DNA from: Gammaproteobacteria bacterium
Lineage (GTDB): Bacteria > Pseudomonadota > Gammaproteobacteria > JBCCGL01
Assembly (NCBI GenBank): GCA_965277715.1
Contig: OZ255836.1
Coordinates: 2,432,001-2,496,000, forward strand
Direction of reading: 5' to 3'
Length of the DNA stretch: 64,000 nucleotides
Positions 38,159-48,724 of the stretch are shown here, piece by piece. Position numbers and translations under genes: made by a program. A model generated the notes under the pieces. That model saw only the letters and a program-made list of their open reading frames with translations. It ran no database searches and was not told the DNA's origin. Each line of letters begins with the position of its first letter. Position 1 is the stretch's first letter.

Positions 38159-39175
38159 ATGAGACACCCAATAATGATTGATATGCAACCTACCGAACGC
38201 GTTTGCGCACGCGCACTTTTTGGCATCGAAACCCCGCTAATGGTGCCCGCGTTCCGCGAGCGCGACGAGCATGTGCCAGAAATCGACCCCGCCTACTGCT
38301 TTAACCACGATGCCACACTGGCCATTCTGGCGGGTTTCGCCAGTGACCGCCGGGTAATGCTACAGGGCTATCACGGCACCGGTAAATCGACGCATATCGA
38401 GCAGGTGGCGGCGCGCCTTAACTGGCCGTGTGTGCGGGTCAATCTGGATGGGCATATCAGCCGTCTCGACCTGGTGGGGCGCGATGTTATCGCAATCCGC
38501 GACGGTAAGCAGGTCACCGAGTTTCAGGAGGGCATCGTGCCGTGGGCGTTACAGCGGCCCGTCGCGCTGATTTTTGATGAGTTCGATGCGGGTCGCCCGG
38601 ACGTGATGTTTGTTATCCAGCGCATTCTGGAGCGCGACGGTAAATTCACCCTGCTCGATCAAAACCGGGTTATCAGCCCACACGCCGGGTTTCGCCTGTT
38701 CGCCACCGCCAATACGGTCGGTCTCGGCAACCTCAGCGGTTTGTACCACGGTGCACAAGTGCTCAATCAGGCGCAAATCGACCGCTGGAATATTGTTGCG
38801 ACACTCAACTATCCGGCACGCGCCGATGAGGTCGACATCGTCGCCTCACGCGTGCCCAATTTCGGCACACACGGAGGCCATGAGGTGATCGGGCGCATGG
38901 TGGCGGTGGCCGATTTAACCCGGCAGGGGTTTGCCGCCGGTGATATATCCACAGTAATGTCACCGCGCACGGTGATTACCTGGGCAGAAAATATGGAAAT
39001 TTTTGGCGAGATGGATCGCGCCTTTCGCCTATCGTTTCTCAATAAGTGCGACGAGGCCGAGCGCTCGATTATCGCCGAATACTACCAGCGGGCCTTCGGC
39101 GAGGAGTTGGAATACTCGATCGCCAATGAAACGCCCAATGCAACACCCAGCCATCAACAGGCAAGCGCCGCGTGA
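38159..39175 (+). CDS. cobS: CobS-like MoxR AAA+ ATPase
   Basis: GYHGTGKSTHIEQVAARLNWP, FDEFDAGRPDV, SPRTVITWAEN. Confidence 0.85.
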   Translation: MRHPIMIDMQPTERVCARALFGIETPLMVPAFRERDEHVPEIDPAYCFNHDATLAILAGFASDRRVMLQGYHGTGKSTHIEQVAARLNWPCVRVNLDGHISRLDLVGRDVIAIRDGKQVTEFQEGIVPWALQRPVALIFDEFDAGRPDVMFVIQRILERDGKFTLLDQNRVISPHAGFRLFATANTVGLGNLSGLYHGAQVLNQAQIDRWNIVATLNYPARADEVDIVASRVPNFGTHGGHEVIGRMVAVADLTRQGFAAGDISTVMSPRTVITWAENMEIFGEMDRAFRLSFLNKCDEAERSIIAEYYQRAFGEELEYSIANETPNATPSHQQASAA

Positions 39176-40890
39176 ATGAGCAGGTGCAGCGGCGCCGCAT
39201 TGAACGACACTGCGCCGCCACTATCCGCGCACTGAGTGGCGTCAGCAACGCCGAATTTCGCGCCCAGCGCCTGCTGCTCAACGAGCGCACCTTTGCGCTG
39301 CGCACACCGCACCTGAGCGTCGACGTCATCGCCAACCCGCTGGCGCGCAGCCGGGGTGTCGCCGATGCGATGGCATTGCGGCTGTGCTACAGCGACCACA
39401 CACTGCACCACACACTGGCACCGCGCACCCCCATCGCCGCCATCGTATTCGATATTCTCGAACAACTGCGCGTGGAAATGCTCGCCCCACCCAGCCTGCC
39501 CGGTGTGCAGCGAAACCTGAACGAGGCGTTCGATCTATGGTGCCTGGAAGCGCGGGGCACCGGCCTGACCGAAAACGAGATTGGCCTGATGGTATTCAGC
39601 ATCACGCATATCGTGCGCTCGCGGCTGCGCAATGAAATGCTCGACGATGAAATCGATATGCTCATCGAGGTGAACCGCTTTCGCCTGGCGCCACGCGTCG
39701 GTGTCGAGCTATCGACACTGCGCAGCGTGCGCCACGATCAGGCCGCTTATGCCCAACTGGCATTGAAAATTGCCCATGTTATCGATGAAATCTGCGATAA
39801 CAGTGGTGAGGGCGAAGCACTGACAGACGCCGCTATCGCCTCGCGCTACCGCATGTTGCTGCCCCCCACCGATGATGAAATCAGCAACAGCGCGCTGCAC
39901 GGCAATGGTGCAATCGACCTCGCCGGATCCAGCTCAGACGACAGCGCCAGTGACTACCAGGTATTCACCCGTGAACACGACGTACAAATCGAAGGCGCCG
40001 CGCTATACCGGGAAAAACAACGCGCCGCACTGCGTGAACAACTGGATGATTTAATTGCCGCACAGGCAATCAGCGTGCCGCGCCTGGCCTTGCGTTTGCA
40101 ACGCCTGTTTGCCATTGAGCAGGCATCCGGCTGGAATTTTGGCGAGGAAGAGGGCTACCTCGACGGGCGGCGTATCAGTCAACTGGTCTCAAACCCCGCC
40201 TTCCGTCATATTTTCCGGCAAACCCGCTATACCCCGCACAGCGATGTCGTTGTCAGTTTTTTAATCGACAACTCCGGCTCGATGAAACGACAGCGCTTTG
40301 AGGCCGTGACGGTACTGGTGGATATATTTGCCCGTGCGCTGGAACTGGCAGGCGCCAAAACTGAAATACTGGGGTTCACCACCAATGCCTGGAGCGGTGG
40401 GCACACCATCAACCAATGGCGGCGCGCTGGCCAGCCTGAACCTGCGGGGCGCATGAACGAATTACTGCATATCGTCTATAAGGATGCCGATACCAGTTGG
40501 CGACGTGCGCGGCACTCAATTGCCGCCATGCTAAACCCACAGCATTTTCGCGAAGGGCTGGACGGTGAAGCACTGGCCTGGGCAGCGCAGCGACTCAGCG
40601 CCCGGCCTGAATCACGGCGCGCATTAGTGATGATCTCTGATGGTGCACCGATGGACACCACTACCCTGAACATCAATGACAAGGGCTATCTTGATCGCCA
40701 CCTGCACCACGTTGCCCACAGCATTGAAACGCGTGGAGAGATTGAACTGCGGGCTATCGGCATCGGCCTGGACATGGGGGAATTTTTCAAACGGTCGATT
40801 GCACTCGACCTGACCGGCACGCTCGGCAATCGTGCGTTTAGCGCCCTGGAACTGTTGTACGCCGCACGACCACCCGCCGATTTACTGTGA
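39172..40890 (+). CDS. cobT: CobT-like VWA protein
   Basis: EEG.LD..R, LIDNSGSM (MIDAS), EILGFTT, DGEAL.WA, ISDGAP.D. Confidence 0.82.
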   Translation: MNEQVQRRRIERHCAATIRALSGVSNAEFRAQRLLLNERTFALRTPHLSVDVIANPLARSRGVADAMALRLCYSDHTLHHTLAPRTPIAAIVFDILEQLRVEMLAPPSLPGVQRNLNEAFDLWCLEARGTGLTENEIGLMVFSITHIVRSRLRNEMLDDEIDMLIEVNRFRLAPRVGVELSTLRSVRHDQAAYAQLALKIAHVIDEICDNSGEGEALTDAAIASRYRMLLPPTDDEISNSALHGNGAIDLAGSSSDDSASDYQVFTREHDVQIEGAALYREKQRAALREQLDDLIAAQAISVPRLALRLQRLFAIEQASGWNFGEEEGYLDGRRISQLVSNPAFRHIFRQTRYTPHSDVVVSFLIDNSGSMKRQRFEAVTVLVDIFARALELAGAKTEILGFTTNAWSGGHTINQWRRAGQPEPAGRMNELLHIVYKDADTSWRRARHSIAAMLNPQHFREGLDGEALAWAAQRLSARPESRRALVMISDGAPMDTTTLNINDKGYLDRHLHHVAHSIETRGEIELRAIGIGLDMGEFFKRSIALDLTGTLGNRAFSALELLYAARPPADLL

Positions 40891-40944
40891 CCGCCAAAAT
40901 ACGCTACGCTTCGCAACCCGAGACCTGACGAGTAAAAAACCGCC

Positions 40945-41784
40945 GTGCGCATCACCAGCAACGACTACCTGAAATGGAAAAATAAAGCCATCACACTGAT
41001 GGGCATGTCAGGCGTGGGCAAAACCACACTGGCGGGCAAGTTGTCGTGCGATAAATGGTTTCACTTTTCCGGTGATTACCGCATTGGCACCAAATACCTG
41101 AGTGAACCGATTCTCGACGATATAAAAAAACAAGCCATGCAGGTTGACTGCCTGCGGGAACTGCTGCGCAGTGACTCCATCTACATTGCCAGCAATATCA
41201 CCACAACCAACCTTGCGCCACTGTCGAATTTTGTCGGCAAAATTGGCCGTTGCGACCAGGGTGGCCTGCCCTTAGCCGAGTTCAAACGCCGCCAGCGGTT
41301 ACACCACCAGGCAGAAATTGCCGCGATGCAGGACATCGTGCCATTTATTGAAAAATCGCGCGATATTTACCGCTACCCACACTTCATTAACGATGCCGGT
41401 GGCAGCGTCTGCGAGCTGGATCATCCACCCACCCTCGCGCTACTCGCCGAGCACACTTTAATTATTTACATTGAGACCGATCAGGCGCGTGAACAAAAAA
41501 TGATCCAAAGCCAATTGGACAACCCCAAACCACTCTACTACCACGAAGCCTTCTTCGATGCGCAACTCGCAGCGTATTTATCGATACAGCAGCTATCGTG
41601 CGCTGAAGAAATTCAGCCAGACGAATTTGTACGCTGGATTTTCCCCAGACTGATCGCGGCGCGGCGCCCACGCTATCACGCCATCGTGCAGCAATACGGC
41701 TACGCTATCGAGGCAAAAGACGTAATCACCGTGCGTGACGAACAGGATTTTCACGCCTTAATCACCACAGCTCTCAACCGGTAA
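40945..41784 (+). CDS. Conserved P-loop ATPase/kinase-like protein coupled to metA
   Basis: GMSGVGKT Walker A; DYRIGT; DAGGS.CE. Confidence 0.8.
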   Translation: MRITSNDYLKWKNKAITLMGMSGVGKTTLAGKLSCDKWFHFSGDYRIGTKYLSEPILDDIKKQAMQVDCLRELLRSDSIYIASNITTTNLAPLSNFVGKIGRCDQGGLPLAEFKRRQRLHHQAEIAAMQDIVPFIEKSRDIYRYPHFINDAGGSVCELDHPPTLALLAEHTLIIYIETDQAREQKMIQSQLDNPKPLYYHEAFFDAQLAAYLSIQQLSCAEEIQPDEFVRWIFPRLIAARRPRYHAIVQQYGYAIEAKDVITVRDEQDFHALITTALNR

Positions 41785-41790
41785 AACGCC

Positions 41791-42852
41791 ATGCCATTGA
41801 TCCAAAACAGCGATTTACCCAGCTTCCAGCGCCTGCGCGATAGCGGAGTCGAAATCCTCGAACCGATGCGCGCCGAGCAACAGGATATCCGCGAGCTGCA
41901 TATCGGCCTGCTAAACCTAATGCCAGATGCCGCCCTGGAAGCCACCGAGCGGCAATTCTTTCGGTTGGTGGGTTCCTGCAACCGCATTGCACAATTCCAT
42001 ATTCACCCCTTCACTGTTTCAGGTGTGGTGCGCGGCGAAAAGGCACAGGCGCATATCGACGCCTACTACCAAGACTTCACCGAAGTGCGCCGGGAAGGGC
42101 TGGATGCGTTGATTATTTCAGGGGCCAACCCGGCTAATGCAGACATCACCCGTGAAGGTTTCTGGGATCAATTGCTGGACGTGATCGACTGGGCCGGCCG
42201 CGATGTGTGCTCTACTTTTTACTCCTGCCTGGCCACACACGTCGCCCTCCAGCACTACCACAACCGCCCGCGTGTGCGCTTACCCCAAAAGCGCTGGGGC
42301 GTTTACTCGCACCGCGTCTGCGATGCCCGCCACCCGCTGGTCACCACAATCAACACACGATTCGATGCGCCCCACTCACACGTTTACGACAGTAGCTGCC
42401 AACAGGCGCGTGATGCCGGCTGGCACGTACTGGCTGAAGGGGAGGTCTCCGGTCTGTATCTGGCGGTGAGTGCCGACCGGTTTCGCCATGTGTATTGTCA
42501 GGGCCATCCAGAATATGACATCAATAGCCTGCTAAAAGAATACAAGCGCGAAATCAACCGCTATACCGGGGGGAGTCGTGACAAACCGCCGCTACCGGAA
42601 AACTATTTCCCACCCGCAGCACGTGAACAACTCGACTGTTTCTTACAGAACCTGGACACCGCGCTGGACAGGGGCACAGCAGCGCCCGCCTTTCCCGAAG
42701 CAGCGTTGTTGCCACTGCTGGATAACACCTGGAGCGACACTGGCCGGGCAATATTCAATAACTGGCTGGGGCTGGTTTACCAAATAACCCACCGCGACCG
42801 CCGAATCCCCTTTATGGCCGGTATTGATCACAACAACCCGCTCGGCCTATAA
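41791..42852 (+). CDS. metA: Homoserine O-succinyl/acetyltransferase (MetA family)
   Basis: LHIGLLNLMPD, TERQF.RL, PHS, QGHPEY, F.NWL. Confidence 0.92.
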   Translation: MPLIQNSDLPSFQRLRDSGVEILEPMRAEQQDIRELHIGLLNLMPDAALEATERQFFRLVGSCNRIAQFHIHPFTVSGVVRGEKAQAHIDAYYQDFTEVRREGLDALIISGANPANADITREGFWDQLLDVIDWAGRDVCSTFYSCLATHVALQHYHNRPRVRLPQKRWGVYSHRVCDARHPLVTTINTRFDAPHSHVYDSSCQQARDAGWHVLAEGEVSGLYLAVSADRFRHVYCQGHPEYDINSLLKEYKREINRYTGGSRDKPPLPENYFPPAAREQLDCFLQNLDTALDRGTAAPAFPEAALLPLLDNTWSDTGRAIFNNWLGLVYQITHRDRRIPFMAGIDHNNPLGL

Positions 42853-42961
42853 CACTGTTTTCCCTCTATGGCTGAACTTTTAGTCGACAGCCTTATCTAC
42901 CCGTATCGGTAGCCTATGTTACGCAGTTGTAAACGCTTAATAGAATGAACACCCGATATTT

Positions 42962-43444
42962 ATGAAGACCCGGCGCTTCCCCCTTTACCTTGCGACCCTA
43001 TGTACTTTGCTGTTGTGCATAAACAATCTGGTGGTGGCCAATACAACCCGCGATTTTGGTCTGTATGTCGTTCACTGCAATGTGATTCCCGCCAGTGCTC
43101 TCGATAGTGACGTGGCGACACAATTTAATATCGCCCGATCAGCACAGCGCGGCGTACTGACACTCGCCATTATGGAAAAAGCCCGTACCGACGCCGACGG
43201 CAATACCTTGGATCACTCGCTGGGCCGTTCGGTACAAGGGCAGATAACCGCACACTGGAGTGGTTTAAACGGCAAAATGGGGACGATTCCCGTTCGTGAG
43301 GTTCGCGAGCAAAGTGCCATTTACTATATTGGTGAATTCGACCTGCCCAGCACCGCGATAATGACATTTGACATTCTGGTTAGCGTCGACGCAAACCGCC
43401 CGCCCTACCGTTTCAGTTTCAACCGGAAATTTAACCCGGACTAA
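42962..43444 (+). CDS. DUF4426-like exported protein
   Basis: Signal peptide; FG.Y.VH.N; REVREQSAIYYIGEF. Confidence 0.75.
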   Translation: MKTRRFPLYLATLCTLLLCINNLVVANTTRDFGLYVVHCNVIPASALDSDVATQFNIARSAQRGVLTLAIMEKARTDADGNTLDHSLGRSVQGQITAHWSGLNGKMGTIPVREVREQSAIYYIGEFDLPSTAIMTFDILVSVDANRPPYRFSFNRKFNPD

Positions 43445-43657
43445 ACCCCATTTATTTACCTGTGTGCAAGTAAATACATGGGGCTTAGCTCATTGAATCA
43501 TAACGGAAATAGACAAAAACACTAAGTAATCCACACCGTGTGTCACTGAAACGCACAAACCTTCTACACTTGTGTTATCTTCCGCCCGCGCCGGGATTCT
43601 ATCGGATTTAGACATGCCTGGTGCAAATCATCAATAACCGAAAACCTGGAGTATTTA

Positions 43658-44002
43658 ATGGCTGCAAAGAAACCGGCCCCAAAAGCCGCTGCTGATGTCA
43701 AAAAACCGCCGACAAAATCGGAAATCCTCAACCATATTGCCAGTGAAGCGGAGTTAAGCCGTAAAGAAGTATCAGCGGTGCTCGATTCACTCAGCGGGCT
43801 GATAGCGAAAAACCTCAAACCACGTGCTGCCGGTTATTTCACCATGCCCGGCCTGTTGAAAATCAAAGTGGTCAAGAAACCTGCCACCAAAGCGCGCAAA
43901 GGTATCAACCCCTTCAACGGCGAGGAAACCGTATTCAAAGCCAAGCCAGCACACAAAGTGGTAAAAGTGTTACCGCTCAAAGGGCTAAAAGACATGGTGT
44001 GA
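43658..44002 (+). CDS. HU-family DNA-binding protein
   Basis: TKSEI...IA, ARKGINPF.GE, KAKPA. Confidence 0.92.
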   Translation: MAAKKPAPKAAADVKKPPTKSEILNHIASEAELSRKEVSAVLDSLSGLIAKNLKPRAAGYFTMPGLLKIKVVKKPATKARKGINPFNGEETVFKAKPAHKVVKVLPLKGLKDMV

Positions 44003-44077
44003 GCATCACCCCATCGATGCAGCGGGCGGCACAGCGCACGACTGGCCGCTCTTTACCATTGTTGGCAATACACAGTA

Positions 44078-44542
44078 TCAGTTCATTGCACGTAGTTTGG
44101 CCTGGATAAACTCCTGATGCGACAAGTAAATCAACTCCGCTATTTTGCGCAGAACATAATCCTCGTATTTATCGATTTGATCATCGGCCAGAGCCACACA
44201 CCACAACTGCTGCATTAGGCGGCGCTTCTGCTCAGGCGTGTAATTGTCGTGAATCAAACGGGTAAACCCGTGCAGTGAAGTCGACTCGGTGCTCTCACGT
44301 TTGGCGAGTTGAATCAACGCATCGATAGCCGTATCGGCAATCTGCAGATTTTCCCGCAGCAATACGGCGATGCGCGCCTGCTCGCTGTCGCTAAAGTCAA
44401 AATCGGCACGGCCCACTTCGATCAGCAGAGCGGCGGCGGCAATATTAATGGCTTGTTGCGCCGCTGCACTGCCATCGCCATCGGCTGGCTGTGGCTGGAT
44501 ATGATCGGAAAAAAATTGTTTGACGGCACTCAACACGCGCAT
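44078..44542 (-). CDS. TerB-family protein
   Basis: AAALLIEV.RAD, W.VA.AD..ID.YE...RKIA.L.Y. Confidence 0.85.
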   Translation of the reverse strand: MRVLSAVKQFFSDHIQPQPADGDGSAAAQQAINIAAAALLIEVGRADFDFSDSEQARIAVLLRENLQIADTAIDALIQLAKRESTESTSLHGFTRLIHDNYTPEQKRRLMQQLWCVALADDQIDKYEDYVLRKIAELIYLSHQEFIQAKLRAMN

Positions 44543-44827
44543 TCTCTCAATAGGTAAGTTATATTCAAACGATTAGAGTCTACACAGAAAACACTCCCTG
44601 TGATAATGGCATGGATTTTGTTGCTTTCTTGTAACACGTTTTATATAAACAGGGCTGCAAAATCAGTGTTTACTAGGAGTCTATCGGGTTTAGGCGCTCG
44701 TAAAGATTATCAATATTCTGGGTAAAGTAGCCGATGCGCTTAATGATCAAACCACTGGATCCACTTTTTGGGAAAACTGCTACTATCCACCCGTGCTGCA
44801 AACAGTAACGGATTAACCACTTACACC

Positions 44828-45697
44828 ATGCCAATAACCCTACCCATTATCAGTAAACTCAGTACCCCGATAAACATCCTTATGGCGCTGCTGATCGGTT
44901 ATGTATTGGCGCAACTGACCCTCGACCTGTTGCCACGCCCCCCACAAAATACCCTGGGCGAGCGCACAACACCCAATCAACAAATTGCCCGCGTTTCATT
45001 ACAGGGAGTCGCAGAAAAAATTTCCAACGCGCATTTGTTTGGCCGCGTCGGTAGCGCGCCGGTCGTCAAGGCGGCACCCGTTCAGCAGACAGTACCGGAT
45101 ACCAAGCTCAACCTTACCCTTAATGGTGTACTGGCCTACAACCCGGCACAAAAGGCGATGGCGGTAATCAGCTCAAACGGCAGACAGGAAGAGGTGTATG
45201 CGATTGGCGATAAGATCGTCGGCAACACCACGCTACAGGCGGTGTACCCGGACCGGGTCATTATCCGTCGCTCGGGTAAAGATGAAACCCTGCGCCTACC
45301 GGATAAAAGCGCAGCGCTCGGCGTTATCAATACGCAAGTACCGGAAACCAACATTAACCAAAGTGGCAGTGACCTCGACAACTTACCCCGCTCAGCAAAA
45401 GCGTTGCGCGAGCGATTATTGAAAGAACCGACGATGCTGACTGACTTGATCAGCCTACGCAAATACAAGCGCAATGGTGAGCAACTCGGCTTTCGCATTC
45501 AGCCAAAACGCAGCCCGGAACTGCTGAACAGCTTTGGTATTCAGCCAGGTGACGTGATTACATCCGTCAATGGCATCGCGCTGAACAACGACCGCCAGGG
45601 GTTTATAGCATTGGGTAGACTTCGCCAGGCCAAAAGTGTCGATTTGATTGTTCTACGCGGCGGAGCGGAAATCCCTATTTCGGTATCGCTGGAGTAG
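44828..45697 (+). CDS. gspC: Type II secretion protein C (with PDZ)
   Basis: TM segment, HLFG, T.LNL.L.GV, HR domain, C-terminal PDZ (G.QPGDVITSVNG). Confidence 0.88.
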   Translation: MPITLPIISKLSTPINILMALLIGYVLAQLTLDLLPRPPQNTLGERTTPNQQIARVSLQGVAEKISNAHLFGRVGSAPVVKAAPVQQTVPDTKLNLTLNGVLAYNPAQKAMAVISSNGRQEEVYAIGDKIVGNTTLQAVYPDRVIIRRSGKDETLRLPDKSAALGVINTQVPETNINQSGSDLDNLPRSAKALRERLLKEPTMLTDLISLRKYKRNGEQLGFRIQPKRSPELLNSFGIQPGDVITSVNGIALNNDRQGFIALGRLRQAKSVDLIVLRGGAEIPISVSLE

Positions 45698-45780
45698 TGA
45701 GTGAATACTGTGCAAACTAACGTAATTGGGCCTGCGTTTAAATCAAGGCTAACAATACAAGCTAAGCTGTGGAATGATAA

Positions 45781-48720
45781 ATGATTTTTAGCCACGGTCA
45801 CCCCTGTGATCACTACCCAGACAACAGGAATTATCGACTCTTGACTTCGCACGCCTGGCAATCGACGTTGCTGACACTGGTGCTATTGTATAGCACAGCC
45901 TTTAGTGCCGCTTTTGCACAAGAAGGCGAGTTTACCCTCAACTTGAAAAATACCGACATTCACTCGCTGATTGGCACAGTCTCCAAACAGACTGGGCGCA
46001 ATTTTGTGGTCGACCCACGCGTCAAAGCGAAAGTAACGGTTATTTCTTCACAGGCGATGAACAGCGATGAGCTTTATGAAGTGTTTTTGTCGGTATTGCA
46101 GGTGCATGGATTCTCCGCAGTACCCACAGGTGATGTGATAAAGATTGTACCGGATGTCACCGCCAAACAAGGGCCAGTCCCCAACTTGGGTATCGGTGAT
46201 GGGCGCGACCAACTGGTTACCCATGTTATCCGTGTTGAAAACGTCCCCGCCGCCCAGTTAGTACCCATTCTGCGGCCACTGGTGCCACAACAGGGCCATT
46301 TGGCTGCCTACGCCTCAACCAACTCCCTGATCATCACCGACCGGGCGGCCAATATCACCCGTCTGATAGGCATCATCGAGCGCATTGACCGCCCCGACAA
46401 TGAAGAAATTGAATTTATAAAATTATTTCACGCCTCGGCAACCGAGGTAGTACGTATTCTCAACGTGCTACAAAAGCCAGGTGTTGGCGGGCAGGGCGGT
46501 GCGACAGCCGGCGCAATACGGCTGGCGGCAGACGAGCGCACCAACAGCATCCTGATCAGCGGTGATCGCGCCTCCCGGTTGCGGTTGCGTGGATTGATCG
46601 CCAACCTGGATACACCGCTGGAATCAGGCGGTAATACCAAAGTTGTGTACCTCAAATATGCCAATGCAGCCGACATGGTGGCAATTCTGGTCGGCGTTTC
46701 AGCCGGGCAGGCCAAAGTGGGGGCAACAACATTGACCGGTGGTGGCACCAATGCGGCGGCAGCCACTGGCGCTGTTGCCGCAGCGACGGCTACAACAACG
46801 GCCCGGCGCAGTGGTACACCCGGCGCCAGCTCGGTCGACATTCAATCGGATGAACACACTAACGCATTGATTATCACTGCATCACCAGACGAAATGCGCA
46901 ATATCCTCGCGGTCGTGCGCCAACTCGACATACGCCGTGCCCAGGTGTTGGTTGAGGCGATTATTGCAGAAATATCGGATGACAAAACGCGGTCATTGGG
47001 AGTCAGCTTTGCCGCCGATGGCCGCAGCGGCAACAGCCCGGTCGGCGTCAGTAACTTAGGTGGCGCCAGTGCCGAGGCGGTAGCATTGCGGGCAGGTACG
47101 GCTATAGGGTCAGGCCTATCGTTGGCGCTTGGCAATTTTGATGGCGGTGGGTTCGATTTTGGGTTTTTAATTCGTGCGATATCTTCTGATGCGGCAAATA
47201 ACATTCTCTCCACCCCCAGCCTGGTAACCCTGGACAACGAAGAGGCGGAGATTGTCGTCGGTCAAAATGTACCATTTGTTACCGGGCAAACCTCATCGGC
47301 TAATAACGACAACCCTTTCCAGACGATTGAGCGGCGGGATATCGGTATCACCTTAAAGGTAAAGCCACAGATTAATGAAGGTTATTCGATAAAAATGGAA
47401 ATCGAACAGGAAGTATCCAGTATCGGTAGTACATCGCAGTCAACGGCAGATATTGTTACCAATACGCGCTCAATTAAAACCACCGTACTGGTCGAGGATG
47501 GGCAAACACTGGTGCTGGGGGGACTGATCGACGACACCCTGCGAGACACACAGGAGAAAGTGCCACTACTGGGTGATATTCCTTTTATCGGTCGCCTGTT
47601 TCAATTCCGCAATACGGTTAAAACCAAACAAAATCTAATGGTTTTTTTACACCCCACAATCCTGCATGACCGGGGTACGGCTGACTACTATAGCGGTGAA
47701 AAATACGGTTACCTGCGCTCTCAGCAATTGGTCGCAGACGAAAAGGGCATTGGTTTATTGGAAGGCGCAAACCCTATATTACCGGAAATCGAGGTATTTT
47801 TTCAGGGGCGCGTACCTCCACCGGCATTATCGCCACAACCCGACAATACAACCACAACACCCACCGCACAGGCATTGCCGCTGACCGATGTTCAGGTAGA
47901 GCCCGCAAAGATCATACCCATACTAAAGCCAGTGCAAGACTTCACCTCCACCAAAATTGAACCAGAACCGGAGGTAGAGGCAGAAGTAGAACCAGAGGCA
48001 CAGGTAAAGACAGAGACAGAAATAGAAATAGAAATAGAACCAGAAGTACAGGTAAAGGCAGAAGCGGAAATAGAAATAGAACCAGAAGTACAGGTAAAGA
48101 CTGAGGCGGAAATAGAAATAGAACCAGAGGCACAGGTAAAAGCAGAGGCGGAAATAGAAATAGAACCAGAGGCACAGGTAAAAGCAGAGGCGGAAATAGA
48201 AATAGAGGCACAGGTAAAAGCAGAGGCGGAAATAGAAATAGAACCAGAAGTACAGATAAAGGCAGAGACAGAAATAGAAATAGAACCAGAGGTACAGGTA
48301 GAGGCAGAGACAGAAATAGAGCCAAAGGCAGGATTAATAACACCAGACCAGGCATTACAATCCCCAGCGAACAACAAAGCCACAATAAGCAATTTACGGG
48401 TTGGTATTAGCCCGGCGTTTACCCGTGTAGTAATGGATATGGATGACGATGCCGCTGGCCGTGTGGAGCGTGTGTTTAACACGGATGGCTCGGTTTCAAT
48501 CACCCTGAACGACACGCAATTTAGCACCGGCTTTGTCGCCCCGAACAACCCTATCGAAAAAATCAAACAAATGGTGCTCGACCAAAGAAATAACGACGTT
48601 TACATTCATGTAGTGCCGTACACGGCATCAGTATTTACCTACCAGACGCTGCCGCAGAACAGCGCAGGACACTACCGCTTTCTCATCGATGTAAAACCTG
48701 ATACCCACCAGGACAGTTAA
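45781..48720 (+). CDS. gspD: Type II secretin with C-terminal acidic repeat linker and AMIN-like domain
   Basis: N0-N3 domains, LDIRRAQVLVEA, NILSTP, VGQ.VP, KVPLLGDIP.IGRLF; extension after ~aa 680. Confidence 0.92.
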   Translation: MIFSHGHPCDHYPDNRNYRLLTSHAWQSTLLTLVLLYSTAFSAAFAQEGEFTLNLKNTDIHSLIGTVSKQTGRNFVVDPRVKAKVTVISSQAMNSDELYEVFLSVLQVHGFSAVPTGDVIKIVPDVTAKQGPVPNLGIGDGRDQLVTHVIRVENVPAAQLVPILRPLVPQQGHLAAYASTNSLIITDRAANITRLIGIIERIDRPDNEEIEFIKLFHASATEVVRILNVLQKPGVGGQGGATAGAIRLAADERTNSILISGDRASRLRLRGLIANLDTPLESGGNTKVVYLKYANAADMVAILVGVSAGQAKVGATTLTGGGTNAAAATGAVAAATATTTARRSGTPGASSVDIQSDEHTNALIITASPDEMRNILAVVRQLDIRRAQVLVEAIIAEISDDKTRSLGVSFAADGRSGNSPVGVSNLGGASAEAVALRAGTAIGSGLSLALGNFDGGGFDFGFLIRAISSDAANNILSTPSLVTLDNEEAEIVVGQNVPFVTGQTSSANNDNPFQTIERRDIGITLKVKPQINEGYSIKMEIEQEVSSIGSTSQSTADIVTNTRSIKTTVLVEDGQTLVLGGLIDDTLRDTQEKVPLLGDIPFIGRLFQFRNTVKTKQNLMVFLHPTILHDRGTADYYSGEKYGYLRSQQLVADEKGIGLLEGANPILPEIEVFFQGRVPPPALSPQPDNTTTTPTAQALPLTDVQVEPAKIIPILKPVQDFTSTKIEPEPEVEAEVEPEAQVKTETEIEIEIEPEVQVKAEAEIEIEPEVQVKTEAEIEIEPEAQVKAEAEIEIEPEAQVKAEAEIEIEAQVKAEAEIEIEPEVQIKAETEIEIEPEVQVEAETEIEPKAGLITPDQALQSPANNKATISNLRVGISPAFTRVVMDMDDDAAGRVERVFNTDGSVSITLNDTQFSTGFVAPNNPIEKIKQMVLDQRNNDVYIHVVPYTASVFTYQTLPQNSAGHYRFLIDVKPDTHQDS
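47959..48323 (+). repeat. Imperfect ~42-bp coding tandem repeat (EPE[AV]QVKAEAEIEI)
   Basis: About 8-9 copies of GAACCAGAGGCACAGGTAAAAGCAGAGGCGGAAATAGAAATA with GAAATA sub-repeats. Confidence 0.92.
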
Positions 48721-48724
48721 GCAA

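Noticed and set aside
44606-44622. Sigma-54 promoter upstream of gspC (TGGCATGGATTTTGT)
   Set aside because: The -12 element reads GT rather than GC; too weak to call
47892-48566. Antisense ORFs with SISISAS or LFLF repeats
   Set aside because: Shadow frames of the GspD tandem repeat
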